From the NCBI RefSeq assembly GCF_030013205.1, contig NZ_CP122648.1: DNA of 64,000 nucleotides. One strand, 5' to 3'. Origin of the DNA: Escherichia coli (GTDB lineage Bacteria > Pseudomonadota > Gammaproteobacteria > Enterobacterales > Enterobacteriaceae). A program made the translations under genes and the position numbers. Shown piece by piece: positions 31,626-42,330 of the stretch. The notes beneath the pieces are model-generated. The model was not told where the DNA came from, ran no database searches, and saw only the letters and a list, made by a program, of their open reading frames with translations. Each line of letters starts with the position of its first letter. Position 1 is the first letter of the stretch.

Positions 31626-33269
31626 ATGTTGAAGCGCCTACTAAAAAGACCCTCTTTGAATTTACTCGCCTGGCTATTGTTGGCCGCTTTTTATATCTCT
31701 ATCTGCCTGAATATTGCCTTTTTTAAACAGGTGTTACAGGCGCTGCCGCTGGACTCGCTGCATAACGTACTGGTTTTCTTGTCGATGCCGGTCGTCGCTT
31801 TCAGCGTGATTAATATTGTCCTGACACTAAGCTCTTTCTTATGGCTTAATCGACCGCTGGCCTGCCTGTTTATTCTGGTCGGCGCGGCTGCACAATATTT
31901 CATAATGACTTACGGCATCGTCATCGACCGCTCGATGATTGCCAATATTATTGATACCACTCCGGCAGAAAGTTATGCGTTGATGACGCCACAAATGTTA
32001 TTAACGCTGGGATTCAGCGGCGTGCTTGCTGCGCTGATTGCCTGCTGGATTAAAATCAAACCTGCCGCCTCGCGCCTGCGCAGTGTTCTTTTCCGTGGAG
32101 CCAATATTCTGGTTTCTGTACTGCTGATTTTGCTGGTCGCCGCACTGTTTTATAAAGACTACGCCTCATTGTTCCGCAACAACAAAGAGCTGGTGAAGTC
32201 CTTAAGCCCCTCTAATAGCATTGTTGCCAGCTGGTCATGGTACTCCCATCAGCGACTGGCAAATCTGCCGCTGGTGCGAATTGGAGAAGACGCGCACCGC
32301 AACCCATTAATGCAGAACGAGACACGTAAAAATTTGACCATCCTGATTGTCGGCGAAACCTCGCGGGCGGAGAACTTCTCCCTCAACGGCTACCCGCGTG
32401 AAACTAACCCGCGGTTGGCGAAAGATAACGTGGTCTATTTCCCTAATACCGCATCTTGCGGCACGGCAACGGCAGTTTCAGTACCGTGCATGTTCTCGGA
32501 TATGCCGCGTGAGCACTACAAAGAAGAGCTGGCACAGCACCAGGAAGGCGTGCTGGATATCATTCAGCGAGCGGGCATCAACGTGCTGTGGAATGACAAC
32601 GATGGCGGCTGTAAAGGTGCCTGCGACCGCGTGCCTCACCAGAACGTCACCGCGCTGAATCTGCCTGGTCAGTGCATCAACGGCGAATGCTATGACGAAG
32701 TGCTGTTTCACGGGCTGGAAGAGTACATCAATAACCTGCAGGGTGATGGCGTGATTGTCTTACACACCATCGGCAGCCACGGTCCGACCTATTACAACCG
32801 CTATCCGCCGCAGTTCAGGAAATTTACCCCTACCTGCGACACTAACGAGATCCAGACCTGTACCAAAGAGCAACTGGTGAACACTTACGACAACACGTTG
32901 GTTTACGTCGACTATATTGTTGATAAAGCGATTAATCTGCTGAAAGAACATCAGGATAAATTCACCACCAGCCTGGTTTATCTTTCTGACCACGGTGAGT
33001 CGTTAGGTGAAAATGGCATCTATCTGCACGGTCTGCCTTATGCCATCGCCCCGGATAGCCAAAAACAGGTACCAATGCTGCTGTGGCTGTCGGAGGATTA
33101 TCAAAAACGGTATCAGGTTGACCAGAACTGCCTGCAAAAACAGGCGCAAACGCAACACTATTCACAAGATAATTTATTCTCCACGCTATTGGGATTAACT
33201 GGCGTTGAGACGAAGTATTACCAGGCTGCGGATGATATTCTGCAAACTTGCAGGAGAGTGAGTGAATGA
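31626..33269 (+). CDS. eptA: Lipid A phosphoethanolamine transferase
   Basis: 547 aa from [12 protein letters not shown]; N-terminal transmembrane region plus sulfatase-like domain. Confidence 0.95.
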   Translation: MLKRLLKRPSLNLLAWLLLAAFYISICLNIAFFKQVLQALPLDSLHNVLVFLSMPVVAFSVINIVLTLSSFLWLNRPLACLFILVGAAAQYFIMTYGIVIDRSMIANIIDTTPAESYALMTPQMLLTLGFSGVLAALIACWIKIKPAASRLRSVLFRGANILVSVLLILLVAALFYKDYASLFRNNKELVKSLSPSNSIVASWSWYSHQRLANLPLVRIGEDAHRNPLMQNETRKNLTILIVGETSRAENFSLNGYPRETNPRLAKDNVVYFPNTASCGTATAVSVPCMFSDMPREHYKEELAQHQEGVLDIIQRAGINVLWNDNDGGCKGACDRVPHQNVTALNLPGQCINGECYDEVLFHGLEEYINNLQGDGVIVLHTIGSHGPTYYNRYPPQFRKFTPTCDTNEIQTCTKEQLVNTYDNTLVYVDYIVDKAINLLKEHQDKFTTSLVYLSDHGESLGENGIYLHGLPYAIAPDSQKQVPMLLWLSEDYQKRYQVDQNCLQKQAQTQHYSQDNLFSTLLGLTGVETKYYQAADDILQTCRRVSE

Positions 33270-33934
33270 AAATTCTGATTGTTGAAGACGATACGCTGTT
33301 ATTGCAGGGATTGATTCTGGCGGCGCAAACCGAAGGCTACGCGTGCGATGGCGTGACAACCGCGCGGATGGCGGAACAAAGCCTTGAGGCCGGTCATTAC
33401 AGCCTGGTGGTACTGGATTTAGGGTTACCCGACGAAGATGGACTGCATTTTCTCGCCCGTATCCGGCAGAAAAAATACACCCTGCCGGTACTGATCCTCA
33501 CCGCTCGCGATACGCTGACCGACAAAATCGCCGGGCTGGATGTCGGTGCCGATGACTATCTGGTGAAGCCTTTTGCGCTGGAAGAGTTACACGCCCGTAT
33601 CCGCGCCCTGCTACGACGCCATAATAATCAGGGCGAAAGTGAGCTGATTGTTGGCAATCTGACGCTGAATATGGGTCGCCGTCAGGTATGGATGGGCGGT
33701 GAAGAGTTGATTCTGACGCCCAAAGAATATGCTCTGCTGTCACGGTTAATGCTCAAAGCAGGCAGTCCGGTGCATCGGGAAATTCTCTACAACGACATCT
33801 ATAACTGGGACAATGAACCCTCGACTAACACCCTGGAAGTGCATATCCACAATCTGCGCGACAAAGTGGGCAAAGCCCGTATCCGCACCGTGCGCGGATT
33901 TGGCTATATGCTGGTCGCGAATGAGGAAAACTAA
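33266..33934 (+). CDS. basR: Response regulator BasR (PmrA)
   Basis: 222 aa OmpR-family; overlaps eptA stop. Confidence 0.95.
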   Translation: MKILIVEDDTLLLQGLILAAQTEGYACDGVTTARMAEQSLEAGHYSLVVLDLGLPDEDGLHFLARIRQKKYTLPVLILTARDTLTDKIAGLDVGADDYLVKPFALEELHARIRALLRRHNNQGESELIVGNLTLNMGRRQVWMGGEELILTPKEYALLSRLMLKAGSPVHREILYNDIYNWDNEPSTNTLEVHIHNLRDKVGKARIRTVRGFGYMLVANEEN

Positions 33935-33943
33935 TTGAATCTG

Positions 33944-35035
33944 ATGCGTTTTCTGCGCCGACCAATATCGCTGCGCCAACGGCTGATATTGACCATTGGG
34001 GCCATTTTGTTGGTGTTTGAGCTGATCAGCGTCTTCTGGCTATGGCATGAAAGTACCGAGCAGATTCAGCTGTTTGAGCAGGCGCTACGCGACAATCGCA
34101 ACAACGATCGCCACATCATGCGTGAGATCCGCGAGGCGGTCGCCAGCCTGATCGTCCCCGGCGTCTTTATGGTCAGCCTGACGCTATTTATCTGCTATCA
34201 GGCGGTACGCCGCATCACCCGCCCGCTGGCGGAGCTGCAAAAAGAGCTGGAAGCGCGCACCGCCGACAACTTAACGCCCATTGCCATTCACAGCGCCACC
34301 CTCGAAATCGAAGCGGTGGTTTCGGCGTTAAACGATCTGGTCAGTCGCCTGACCAACACGCTGGATAACGAAAGGTTGTTTACCGCTGACGTCGCGCACG
34401 AACTGCGAACGCCACTGGCGGGGGTGCGTTTGCATCTGGAACTGCTGGCGAAAACGCATCACATTGATGTAGCACCGTTAGTGGCACGGCTTGATCAGAT
34501 GATGGAGAGCGTCTCCCAGCTGCTGCAACTGGCGCGTGCCGGACAGTCATTTTCTTCCGGTAATTATCAACATGTAAAACTGCTGGAAGATGTCATTCTC
34601 CCCTCGTATGACGAACTCAGTACCATGCTCGACCAGCGACAGCAAACCCTGCTATTGCCAGAGAGCGCCGCCGACATCACCGTTCAGGGTGATGCAACCC
34701 TGCTGCGGATGTTATTGCGAAACCTGGTAGAAAACGCCCATCGTTACAGCCCGCAAGGCAGCAACATTATGATTAAGCTGCAAGAAGATGGCGGAGCGGT
34801 CATGGCTGTTGAAGATGAAGGACCGGGTATTGATGAGAGTAAATGCGGGGAGTTGAGTAAAGCATTTGTACGTATGGACAGCCGTTATGGCGGGATTGGT
34901 CTGGGGTTAAGTATTGTCAGCCGCATTACACAGTTGCATCACGGGCAGTTTTTCCTGCAAAACCGGCAAGAGACTTCCGGCACGCGGGCCTGGGTACGGC
35001 TGAAGAAAGATCAGTACGTGGCAAACCAGATATAA
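33944..35035 (+). CDS. basS: Sensor kinase BasS (PmrB)
   Basis: About 363 aa; H-box ELRTPLA; ATG at 33944 (ORF track starts at TTG 33935). Confidence 0.9.
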   Translation: MRFLRRPISLRQRLILTIGAILLVFELISVFWLWHESTEQIQLFEQALRDNRNNDRHIMREIREAVASLIVPGVFMVSLTLFICYQAVRRITRPLAELQKELEARTADNLTPIAIHSATLEIEAVVSALNDLVSRLTNTLDNERLFTADVAHELRTPLAGVRLHLELLAKTHHIDVAPLVARLDQMMESVSQLLQLARAGQSFSSGNYQHVKLLEDVILPSYDELSTMLDQRQQTLLLPESAADITVQGDATLLRMLLRNLVENAHRYSPQGSNIMIKLQEDGGAVMAVEDEGPGIDESKCGELSKAFVRMDSRYGGIGLGLSIVSRITQLHHGQFFLQNRQETSGTRAWVRLKKDQYVANQI

Positions 35036-35100
35036 AGAAAGCTGCTGACCACCAGCACGCTGAACACGGTAGTTAAACTTTCATAAACACGGTTTTTCAT
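35011..35100 (-). CDS. pmrR: PmrR small membrane peptide (29 aa)
   Basis: Not in ORF track; reverse complement gives MKNRVYESLTTVFSVLVVSSFLYIWFATY; 3' end overlaps basS 3' end on the opposite strand. Confidence 0.75.
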   Translation of the reverse strand: MKNRVYESLTTVFSVLVVSSFLYIWFATY

Positions 35101-35103
35101 TGC

Positions 35104-35130
35104 ACTCTCCTCCGTTAACCTGGAGGAGAG
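35104..35130. terminator. Hairpin between convergent basS and proP
   Basis: ctctcctcc / ggaggagag stem. Confidence 0.45.
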
Positions 35131-35211
35131 TATGCGCGTCAGAGATTAAGTGAACCTTAAGACTTCAATTGGCCTGATAAGACAGCGTCACATCAGGCCA
35201 TCCGTTTCAGC

Positions 35212-36714
35212 TTATTCATCAATTCGCGGATGTTGCTGCACCAGGCGAGTACGTTTCGCCTGCAAATCGGCAATCTCGTGGTCAATATCATCGATTTTCT
35301 GCTCGATATTATCGTAATGCTCGACGAGAATTTCCTTCGCTTCCTGTATATCTGACGCCGCCGGTGTCGCACCTTTCAACGGACGATTCGCCGTCTCTTT
35401 CATGGTTACGCCGGTGATTAAACCAACCACCGCCACTACCATCAGGTAATAGGCAGGCATCATCAAATTCTGCGAGCTTTCGACCAGCCAGGCCGCCAGC
35501 GTTGGCGTCAGACCGGCAACCAGCACCGAAATATTAAATGCCGCCGCCAGCGCGCTGTAACGGATATGCGTCGGGAACATCGCTGGCAAGGTAGAGGCCA
35601 TAACGCCCGTAAAGCAGTTAAGGATCACCGCCAGCATCAGTAACCCGGCAAAAATCAGGCCGATGACGTTACTGTTAATCAGAATAAACGCCGGGATCGC
35701 CAACACAAACAGTGCAACACTACCAAGTAGCACAAACGGACGACGGCCAAAACGGTCACTCAGCAAGCCCATCACCGGCTGGACAAACAGCATACCGATC
35801 ATAATGGCGATAATAATCAGCACCCCGTGGTCTTCGGAGTAATGCAGGTTATGCGACAAATAACTCGGCATATAGGTCAGCAACATGTAGTAAGTCACGT
35901 TGGTGGCAATTACCAGACCAATACATGTCAACAGGCTGCGCCAGTATTTAGTGGCAATCTCTTTAAACGAGACTTTCGGGCCATCCTGCAAACCTTCGCG
36001 GTCGCCCTGCTCCAGTTTATCAACATGCTGCTGGAACGCCGGAGTCTCTTCCAGCGCATGGCGCAGGTAAAGCCCGATAATCCCTAACGGCAGAGCAATA
36101 AAGAACGGAATACGCCAGCCCCAGTCGAGGAAGTTCGCTTCGCCGACAATGGTCGAAATTAACACCACCACGCCCGCACCCAGCACAAACCCGGCAATAG
36201 AACCGAAGTCCAGCCAGCTGCCCATAAAGCCACGTTTACGGTCAGGGGAGTATTCCGCAACAAATATCGACGCCCCGGTATATTCACCGCCGACCGAGAA
36301 ACCTTGTGCCATCTTACAGATCAACAGCAGAATCGGTGCCCAAATACCAATCGTGTCGTAGGACGGTATTAAGCCAATACAGAACGTACTGATCGACATA
36401 ATCACAATAGTGATAGCGAGGATCTTCTGGCGACCATATTTATCGCCCAACATACCAAAGAAGAGTCCACCAAGCGGTCGAATCAGAAAGGGAACGGAGA
36501 AAGTGGCAAGTGCAGCAACCATCTGCACGCTGGGGTCAGCCCCCGGGAAAAAAACTTTACCTAATGCGTAAGCAACAAAACCATAAACACCAAAATCGAA
36601 CCATTCCATTGCATTACCCAGTGATGCTGCGGTAATGGCTTTACGCAGTTTACCGTCATCAATAATAGTGACATCACGAAGGGTAATTGGTTTTACTTTT
36701 TTCCTTTTCAGCAT
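35212..36714 (-). CDS. proP: Proline/glycine betaine osmoprotectant symporter
   Basis: 500 aa from MLKRKKVKPITL; MFS with C-terminal coiled coil. Confidence 0.95.
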   Translation of the reverse strand: MLKRKKVKPITLRDVTIIDDGKLRKAITAASLGNAMEWFDFGVYGFVAYALGKVFFPGADPSVQMVAALATFSVPFLIRPLGGLFFGMLGDKYGRQKILAITIVIMSISTFCIGLIPSYDTIGIWAPILLLICKMAQGFSVGGEYTGASIFVAEYSPDRKRGFMGSWLDFGSIAGFVLGAGVVVLISTIVGEANFLDWGWRIPFFIALPLGIIGLYLRHALEETPAFQQHVDKLEQGDREGLQDGPKVSFKEIATKYWRSLLTCIGLVIATNVTYYMLLTYMPSYLSHNLHYSEDHGVLIIIAIMIGMLFVQPVMGLLSDRFGRRPFVLLGSVALFVLAIPAFILINSNVIGLIFAGLLMLAVILNCFTGVMASTLPAMFPTHIRYSALAAAFNISVLVAGLTPTLAAWLVESSQNLMMPAYYLMVVAVVGLITGVTMKETANRPLKGATPAASDIQEAKEILVEHYDNIEQKIDDIDHEIADLQAKRTRLVQQHPRIDE

Positions 36715-36977
36715 AGCTTTCCTCGCAGAGTTGGCCCATTTCCGCAAACGCCAGAAAAATCAGCGCGACGGCCGCAAAAGGGGAGCGGGAATTGCAGGAT
36801 GCAATCTCTGTAACAAGCGTAGCGGGTTTGCTTACACCCTCCGGTTAAGGAATGTACAATCAAACCAGTTGACGCCTGAATTGGGCAGTTAATGACCTTT
36901 TTACCCTACCAGTGTTTAAATTTGTGATCAACTTCACACATGGATTTCGTTTAGGACTCATTGATGTAACTGATTAT

Positions 36978-37856
36978 TTACACCAAATTTACAGAGAAGA
37001 TTTCCTCGACCATTGCCCCCGCCAGACGCTGCGCTGAACAGAGTCGTGGCATCCCCAGCGCGACAGTTTGCCAGCGTTGGGTCACTGACCAGCAAACGGG
37101 TTGTTTATCTGCCGTGGTCCACTTTCCCAGCCAACTTAAAAAATCAGCATGATCCCCGCCCGTCGGAATGGTCGAAGAGGCAAACCACTGATGGTAATAG
37201 TGACGCGTGGTCGGTGCCGCATTGATACTCTCTGCCAGATGTTGTGTCGCTTTCTCGCGCAAATCACCCAGCAACAACGCCACCGCTTGCGGGCTTCCCA
37301 GACGGCAGGCATCGCCAAATGCCCCCCAGCGCAACTCCTCCAGAACGATAAAACAGCGCCCAGGCAACGACCAGGCGTTATACGCCCCAGCACGCCAGCG
37401 GGTAAAAATTTGCTCGCTCTGATCACCTGCCTGCACCAGTAGGCCTCGTTGCGTTAACGCCTTTTCCTTCCAGCGACAACGGGCTGAAAACCACTCATAC
37501 AAGGCGGCAATTTGCTGGGGGAGCTCCGGGAAAGCAGAGTGCTGGCGGTGATCCATTTTTTGCAGCAGCGCCAGATGTTGCGCGATCTGCGTCAGCGCCA
37601 GATGACCGGGATCCAGCATCGACGCCAGTTTTTCCACCAATGTCAGACGCAGGCTAAGCGGCGCATTTAACATCCCGCCGTTCGTCCATGCCTGAAGCTG
37701 CACACGCGCAAGAAGTTCCTGCATCAGTCGTTCACGAAACTGCTGCTGATGGGCTTGTGGATGGCGGGCATCATCGCCCTGCGCCAGATCCACTAAAAAG
37801 CGCGGATGAACCGACTCCAGCACGCGACCGGGGCCGTCCAGTAACGTCTTGATCAA
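36978..37856 (-). CDS. yjcZ: YjcZ
   Basis: 292 aa; start overlaps crfC stop. Confidence 0.85.
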   Translation of the reverse strand: MIKTLLDGPGRVLESVHPRFLVDLAQGDDARHPQAHQQQFRERLMQELLARVQLQAWTNGGMLNAPLSLRLTLVEKLASMLDPGHLALTQIAQHLALLQKMDHRQHSAFPELPQQIAALYEWFSARCRWKEKALTQRGLLVQAGDQSEQIFTRWRAGAYNAWSLPGRCFIVLEELRWGAFGDACRLGSPQAVALLLGDLREKATQHLAESINAAPTTRHYYHQWFASSTIPTGGDHADFLSWLGKWTTADKQPVCWSVTQRWQTVALGMPRLCSAQRLAGAMVEEIFSVNLV

Positions 37857-40081
37857 TATCGTTCTGCCGTGAAAAGTGTTTGAATATCATCGCGTAACAG
37901 CTGAGCGTCGATGTAAATCCAGCTGTGAGTCATCACAGCCTGCTGCAATTGCTGCTGCATCAGCCTGACCACCGATTCATTTTGTTGACGCAGAGCCAGG
38001 CTTTCGCGTAAACGCGTCTGTAATTCCGTCAAACATGAAGCGAACTCAGCGAAAAAAGTATTCATGCCTGCCGTAACAGATTCATCGACCTGCTCTGCCA
38101 AAACTTTAGCCATTTGTTGGCAATAAAGATCGACTTCTGCGCTTAATGCTCGTTGCAACACACTGTAATCAACCGTCTCTGTCGGGGATTTCTCATTTCC
38201 CCGTCCCCAGTCGGGCTGATTCAACCAGCGCGAAAAAGTCTCACGCACAACGCCTAAACGCGTGCTCTGCTCGTCCGTTGCTTCCTGGCGCGAAATGACT
38301 TCACTGAACAGCTGGCGAGTGTTGAAGTGGGGAACTGCGCCGTGAAAAACAGGAAAATGAAACCCAGGACGAAACCCTGACTCGCTCAATTCCATTTTGA
38401 TTTGTTGCTCAATGGGGCGAATAACATCGGTTAACACCCGGCAAAGGGTGGATTCCAGCTCGGCAAAACGCAGCGTAAAGTCGCGACTGATGGTGTTCTG
38501 CGCCGTCTGTAACAGTGTCTCACAGCGGGTACGAATCTCGCTTAACGGCTCCGAATCATCCTGAAACAAGGCGGCAAACTGCGCATTCAGCGCATCTTGC
38601 TGTTGACGCAGAAAGTGGTTGGCGGAGGTCAGGGCCAGCTCGATTTCATGTTTAATCTCGCCGCTCACCTGCGCCTGATTGAGTTGCAATAGCTGCAAAC
38701 TTTCTTCGACCTGATGGATATTTTGCCGCAATTGTTCACAAGCGACGTTTAACCCGTGCGCACGAAAATCCAGGTATTCCCGCGCCTGCTGCGCGTAATT
38801 CAACAGTTTATGCACGGCAGATCGCAGAGCATACAACGAGGCGTTAGCGTAAGCGGCATGAAGCAACGCCTGAATTGGCTGGGCGAACAGCGAATCTTCC
38901 CACAACTGATCGGCAGCATGACGAATATGTTCGAGGTCAGCCAGATCGGCATGACGCCAGCGCCTGCCGAGCGCGGCATGGGCAAAATCTTCCACCCAGC
39001 GTTGTTGCTCTGGCGGTGGTAACTTACCGTTGTTGGCTAACTCATGGCGCGCCCGATTCGCCAGGTAGCCCCACATCGACGACACCGGAAATATCTGCTG
39101 TGGCGTAATACAGCCTTTCATCAGCGTCCCGGAAATCAGTGCCCGCACCTGGTCGGCGTCGTCACTGTTACGATCCTGTTGATCGAACTTATTGACCAGC
39201 ACATACAGCGGCACCGATTGCCCCACCGCCAAAATCGCCTCACGGACCTCTTCATCGGAGATCGATTTCAGTTGCGTATAATCCAGCACCGCCAGTACCG
39301 CCGAGGCGCGTGCCAGCTGCTGGTTAAGCATTTTTTGCAGATGCGGTTGCCCGGCTTCATTTGGCCCGGGGGTATCCAGTAACGTCAATTGACCGGGATA
39401 ACTCTCCAGCCCCGCCAGATGGACAAACTCCACTTCAATCACGGGAATATGCTCAATGGCGGCGTAAGCAGAAAAAGGAAAATCGACGTCCAGCGCCTTC
39501 GCCAGTCGCACCAAATCATTCAAACTTTTCAGACAATGAAAAATAGGCTGGGCACCCAGATAATATTTTTCGAAAGCGACGCCATTTTCGATCCGCTGCA
39601 TAAGCGCACGCATATCTTTATCTATTTCCAGCACATCGGTCAGATGCTTAATATCGCAATCACGCAGGCGCTGTTGTAATTTTTGAATTAAACAATCGAT
39701 TGGCGCGACATGTGAAAAATGCAGTACCGGTTCCTTTTGCCCGGGCGTATGGCGAATAAGCGTCGGCAGCGCAGTCATTGGGCGATTACGATTAGGCAAA
39801 ACCTCCGTACCAACAATGGCATTAATGGTGGTTGATTTCCCTGCTTTCATGGTACCGACAATCGCCAGCACCATTTCCAGTCGGGAAATTTTACGCAACT
39901 CATTATTCAGCATCGCGTGACGTTCGGCGATATTAGGCTGACTCCAGGGTAAAGCCAGTTGTGGCGCATCGTCTCCGGGGACAGAGAGAGGCATTTTTTC
40001 CAGTAACTGCAACTGTTGGCGAGAAAGCTGTAACAGGCGTTCAGCCTCCTGACTTAACTCATACAGGGTCTGTGTGTACAT
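37853..40081 (-). CDS. crfC: Dynamin-like GTPase CrfC (YjdA)
   Basis: 742 aa from MYTQTLYELSQEAERL; P-loop GTMKAGKST; ORF track extension beyond 40081 runs into IS1 and is an artefact. Confidence 0.9.
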   Translation of the reverse strand: MYTQTLYELSQEAERLLQLSRQQLQLLEKMPLSVPGDDAPQLALPWSQPNIAERHAMLNNELRKISRLEMVLAIVGTMKAGKSTTINAIVGTEVLPNRNRPMTALPTLIRHTPGQKEPVLHFSHVAPIDCLIQKLQQRLRDCDIKHLTDVLEIDKDMRALMQRIENGVAFEKYYLGAQPIFHCLKSLNDLVRLAKALDVDFPFSAYAAIEHIPVIEVEFVHLAGLESYPGQLTLLDTPGPNEAGQPHLQKMLNQQLARASAVLAVLDYTQLKSISDEEVREAILAVGQSVPLYVLVNKFDQQDRNSDDADQVRALISGTLMKGCITPQQIFPVSSMWGYLANRARHELANNGKLPPPEQQRWVEDFAHAALGRRWRHADLADLEHIRHAADQLWEDSLFAQPIQALLHAAYANASLYALRSAVHKLLNYAQQAREYLDFRAHGLNVACEQLRQNIHQVEESLQLLQLNQAQVSGEIKHEIELALTSANHFLRQQQDALNAQFAALFQDDSEPLSEIRTRCETLLQTAQNTISRDFTLRFAELESTLCRVLTDVIRPIEQQIKMELSESGFRPGFHFPVFHGAVPHFNTRQLFSEVISRQEATDEQSTRLGVVRETFSRWLNQPDWGRGNEKSPTETVDYSVLQRALSAEVDLYCQQMAKVLAEQVDESVTAGMNTFFAEFASCLTELQTRLRESLALRQQNESVVRLMQQQLQQAVMTHSWIYIDAQLLRDDIQTLFTAERY

Positions 40082-40100
40082 AGAAAATTCTTCCTTAAAG

Positions 40101-40109
40101 CAAATTTTG
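40101..40109. repeat. Target-site duplication, left copy (caaattttg)
   Basis: Identical 9-mer immediately flanks both IS1 ends. Confidence 0.85.
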
Positions 40110-40164
40110 GGTGATGCTGCCAACTTACTGATTTAGTGTATGATGGTGTTTTTGAGGTGCTCCA

Positions 40165-40440
40165 GTGGCTTCTGTTTCTATCAGCTGTCCCTCCTGTTCA
40201 GCTACTGACGGGGTGGTGCGTAACGGCAAAAGCACCGCCGGACATCAGCGCTATCTCTGCTCTCACTGCCGTAAAACATGGCAACTACAGTTCACTTACG
40301 CCGCCTCTCAGCCCGGTACGCACCAGAAAATCATTGATATGGCCATGAATGGCGTCGGATGTCGCGCCAGTGCACGCATTATTGGCGTTGGCCTCAACAC
40401 GATTTTCCGCCACTTAAAAAACTCAGGCCGCAGTCGGTAA
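40165..40440 (+). CDS. insA: IS1 InsA
   Basis: 91 aa [23 protein letters not shown]... zinc-finger/HTH repressor. Confidence 0.95.
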   Translation: MASVSISCPSCSATDGVVRNGKSTAGHQRYLCSHCRKTWQLQFTYAASQPGTHQKIIDMAMNGVGCRASARIIGVGLNTIFRHLKNSGRSR

Positions 40441-40862
40441 CCTCGCGCATACAACCGGGCAGTGATGTGATTGTCTGCGCTGAAATGGACGAACAGTGGG
40501 GCTACGTCGGTGCTAAATCACGTCAGCGCTGGCTGTTTTACGCGTATGACAGGATGCGGAGGACGGTTGTGGCGCACGTCTTCGGTGAACGCACTCTGGC
40601 CACACTGGAGCGTCTTCTGAGCCTGCTGTCGGCCTTTGAGGTCGTGGTATGGATGACGGATGGCTGGCCGCTGTATGAATCACGCCTGAAGGGAAAGCTG
40701 CACGTTATCAGCAAGCGTTATACTCAGCGCATTGAGCGGCATAACCTGAATCTGAGACAACATCTGGCAAGGCTGGGACGGAAGTCACTGTCGTTCTCAA
40801 AATCGGTGGAGCTGCATGACAAGGTCATCGGGCATTATCTGAACATAAAACACTATCAGTAA
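40359..40862 (+). CDS. insB: IS1 insB frame; transposase InsAB' is made by -1 frameshift from insA
   Basis: 167-codon frame overlapping insA 3' end; slippery A6C at 40416-40422. Confidence 0.9.
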   Translation: MSRQCTHYWRWPQHDFPPLKKLRPQSVTSRIQPGSDVIVCAEMDEQWGYVGAKSRQRWLFYAYDRMRRTVVAHVFGERTLATLERLLSLLSAFEVVVWMTDGWPLYESRLKGKLHVISKRYTQRIERHNLNLRQHLARLGRKSLSFSKSVELHDKVIGHYLNIKHYQ

Positions 40863-40877
40863 GTTGGAGTCATTACC

Positions 40878-40886
40878 CAAATTTTG
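40878..40886. repeat. Target-site duplication, right copy (caaattttg)
   Basis: See left copy. Confidence 0.85.
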
Positions 40887-41259
40887 TTACTTTTATTTAG
40901 CCAGATTGTTTTTGAGTTCTGTTTTCGGCTTTTATAATTACTGCAAGAAATAATTTTATATTTAGAGTGTTGTTTTTTATTAGAATAAATAACGTCTTCC
41001 GATACGTTTAAAACGTCAGAAAGATAAAAATATCATTTGAATTAAAAAAAGAACAAGTAGAGCATTAACCTTATCTTAAATAATAAATGGAGGCAAAAAG
41101 ATTATTTTCTTTTTGCGTTTCCTTTCAAATGAAAACGATCGTCGTCTAAAATCAGCAGTACCCCCGACAAACTCAGGGATTTTGTGTATAATTGCGGCCT
41201 TTTTCGGCAATCTGCCGTTTTTTGGCGCTTTTGCCCTGCTGACTTTTGAGGAAATCCAC

Positions 41260-41595
41260 ATGTCATTACCACACTGCCCAAAATGCAACTCCGAATACAC
41301 CTACGAAGATAACGGCATGTACATCTGCCCGGAATGTGCCTACGAATGGAACGACGCAGAACCTGCACAGGAAAGCGACGAGCTGATCGTTAAAGATGCT
41401 AACGGCAATCTGCTGGCTGACGGCGACAGCGTTACCATCATTAAAGATCTGAAGGTGAAAGGTAGCTCTTCGATGCTGAAAATTGGCACCAAAGTGAAAA
41501 ACATCCGCCTGGTTGAAGGCGACCATAACATCGATTGCAAAATCGACGGTTTTGGTCCGATGAAACTGAAATCTGAGTTTGTGAAAAAGAACTGA
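41260..41595 (+). CDS. yjdM: PhnA-family zinc-ribbon protein
   Basis: 111 aa from [13 protein letters not shown] with two CxxC pairs; longer ORF-track start rejected. Confidence 0.9.
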
Positions 41596-41609
41596 TTGTA
41601 TTGTGATCG

Positions 41610-41690
41610 GTAAGCCGGATAAGGCGCTCGCGCCGCATCCGGCAACGATGCCGACTGCCTGATGCGACGCTGACCGCGTCTTATCAGGCT
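41610..41690. repeat. REP/BIME-type extragenic palindromes
   Basis: gccggataaggcgctcgcgccgcatccggc and gcctgatgcgacgctgaccgcgtcttatcaggc. Confidence 0.7.
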
Positions 41691-41754
41691 TCCCTCTCAT
41701 CTGTATAAATTTCGAACTACACTTAACTGGCTTCTCTTAACTGAGGTCACCATC

Positions 41755-42198
41755 ATGCCGTTAAGTCCCTACCTCTCTTTTGCCGGTAACTGTGCCGACG
41801 CAATTGCTTATTATCAACGTACGTTGGGCGCTGAACTGATCTATAAAATCAGCTTCGGCGAAATGCCAAAATCAGCGCAGGACAGCGCCGAGAACTGCCC
41901 TTCCGGAATGCAATTTCCCGATACCGCCATCGCCCACGCCAATGTGCGCATTGCCGGAAGCGATATCATGATGAGCGATGCTATACCGTCAGGAAAAGCC
42001 AGCTACTCCGGCTTTACGTTAGTGCTCGATTCGCAACAGGTCGAAGAAGGGAAACGCTGGTTTGACAATCTTGCCGCCAACGGAAAAATCGAAATGGCCT
42101 GGCAGGAAACTTTCTGGGCGCATGGCTTCGGCAAAGTCACCGATAAATTTGGCGTACCGTGGATGATTAATGTCGTCAAACAACAACCAACGCAATAA
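41755..42198 (+). CDS. yjdN: Glyoxalase/VOC-family protein YjdN (PhnB)
   Basis: 147 aa. Confidence 0.85.
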   Translation: MPLSPYLSFAGNCADAIAYYQRTLGAELIYKISFGEMPKSAQDSAENCPSGMQFPDTAIAHANVRIAGSDIMMSDAIPSGKASYSGFTLVLDSQQVEEGKRWFDNLAANGKIEMAWQETFWAHGFGKVTDKFGVPWMINVVKQQPTQ

Positions 42199-42223
42199 TC
42201 CGCCGGGAGGCCCGCCCTCCCGC

Positions 42224-42290
42224 ACTGTCATCGAATTCCCGTTAACTCTTCATCTGTTAGTCACTTTTAATTAACCAAATCGTCACAATA
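42224..42290 (+). promoter_or_regulatory. phnC promoter region with candidate Pho box
   Basis: ctgtcat ... ctgttagtcac repeats upstream of phnC; Pho-regulon control is established, exact box not verified. Confidence 0.4.
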
Positions 42291-42330
42291 ATCCGCCACG
42301 ATGGAGCCACTTTTTTAGGGAGGCTGCATC

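Larger units (their letters stand above)
40110..40877 (+). mobile_element. IS1 insertion sequence, 768 bp, complete
   Basis: Left end ggtgatgctgccaacttactgat and right end ...aagttggagtcattacc are the IS1 terminal inverted repeats; carries insA and insB. Confidence 0.95.

Noticed and set aside
40082-40123. N-terminal 14-codon extension of crfC (MAASPKICFKEEFS)
   Set aside because: The extension reads into the IS1 inverted repeat; crfC starts at MYTQTLYEL (40081).
41113-41259. Upstream start giving a 160-aa YjdM
   Set aside because: The conserved PhnA zinc-ribbon protein begins at MSLPHCPKC (41260); the upstream residues are low-complexity.
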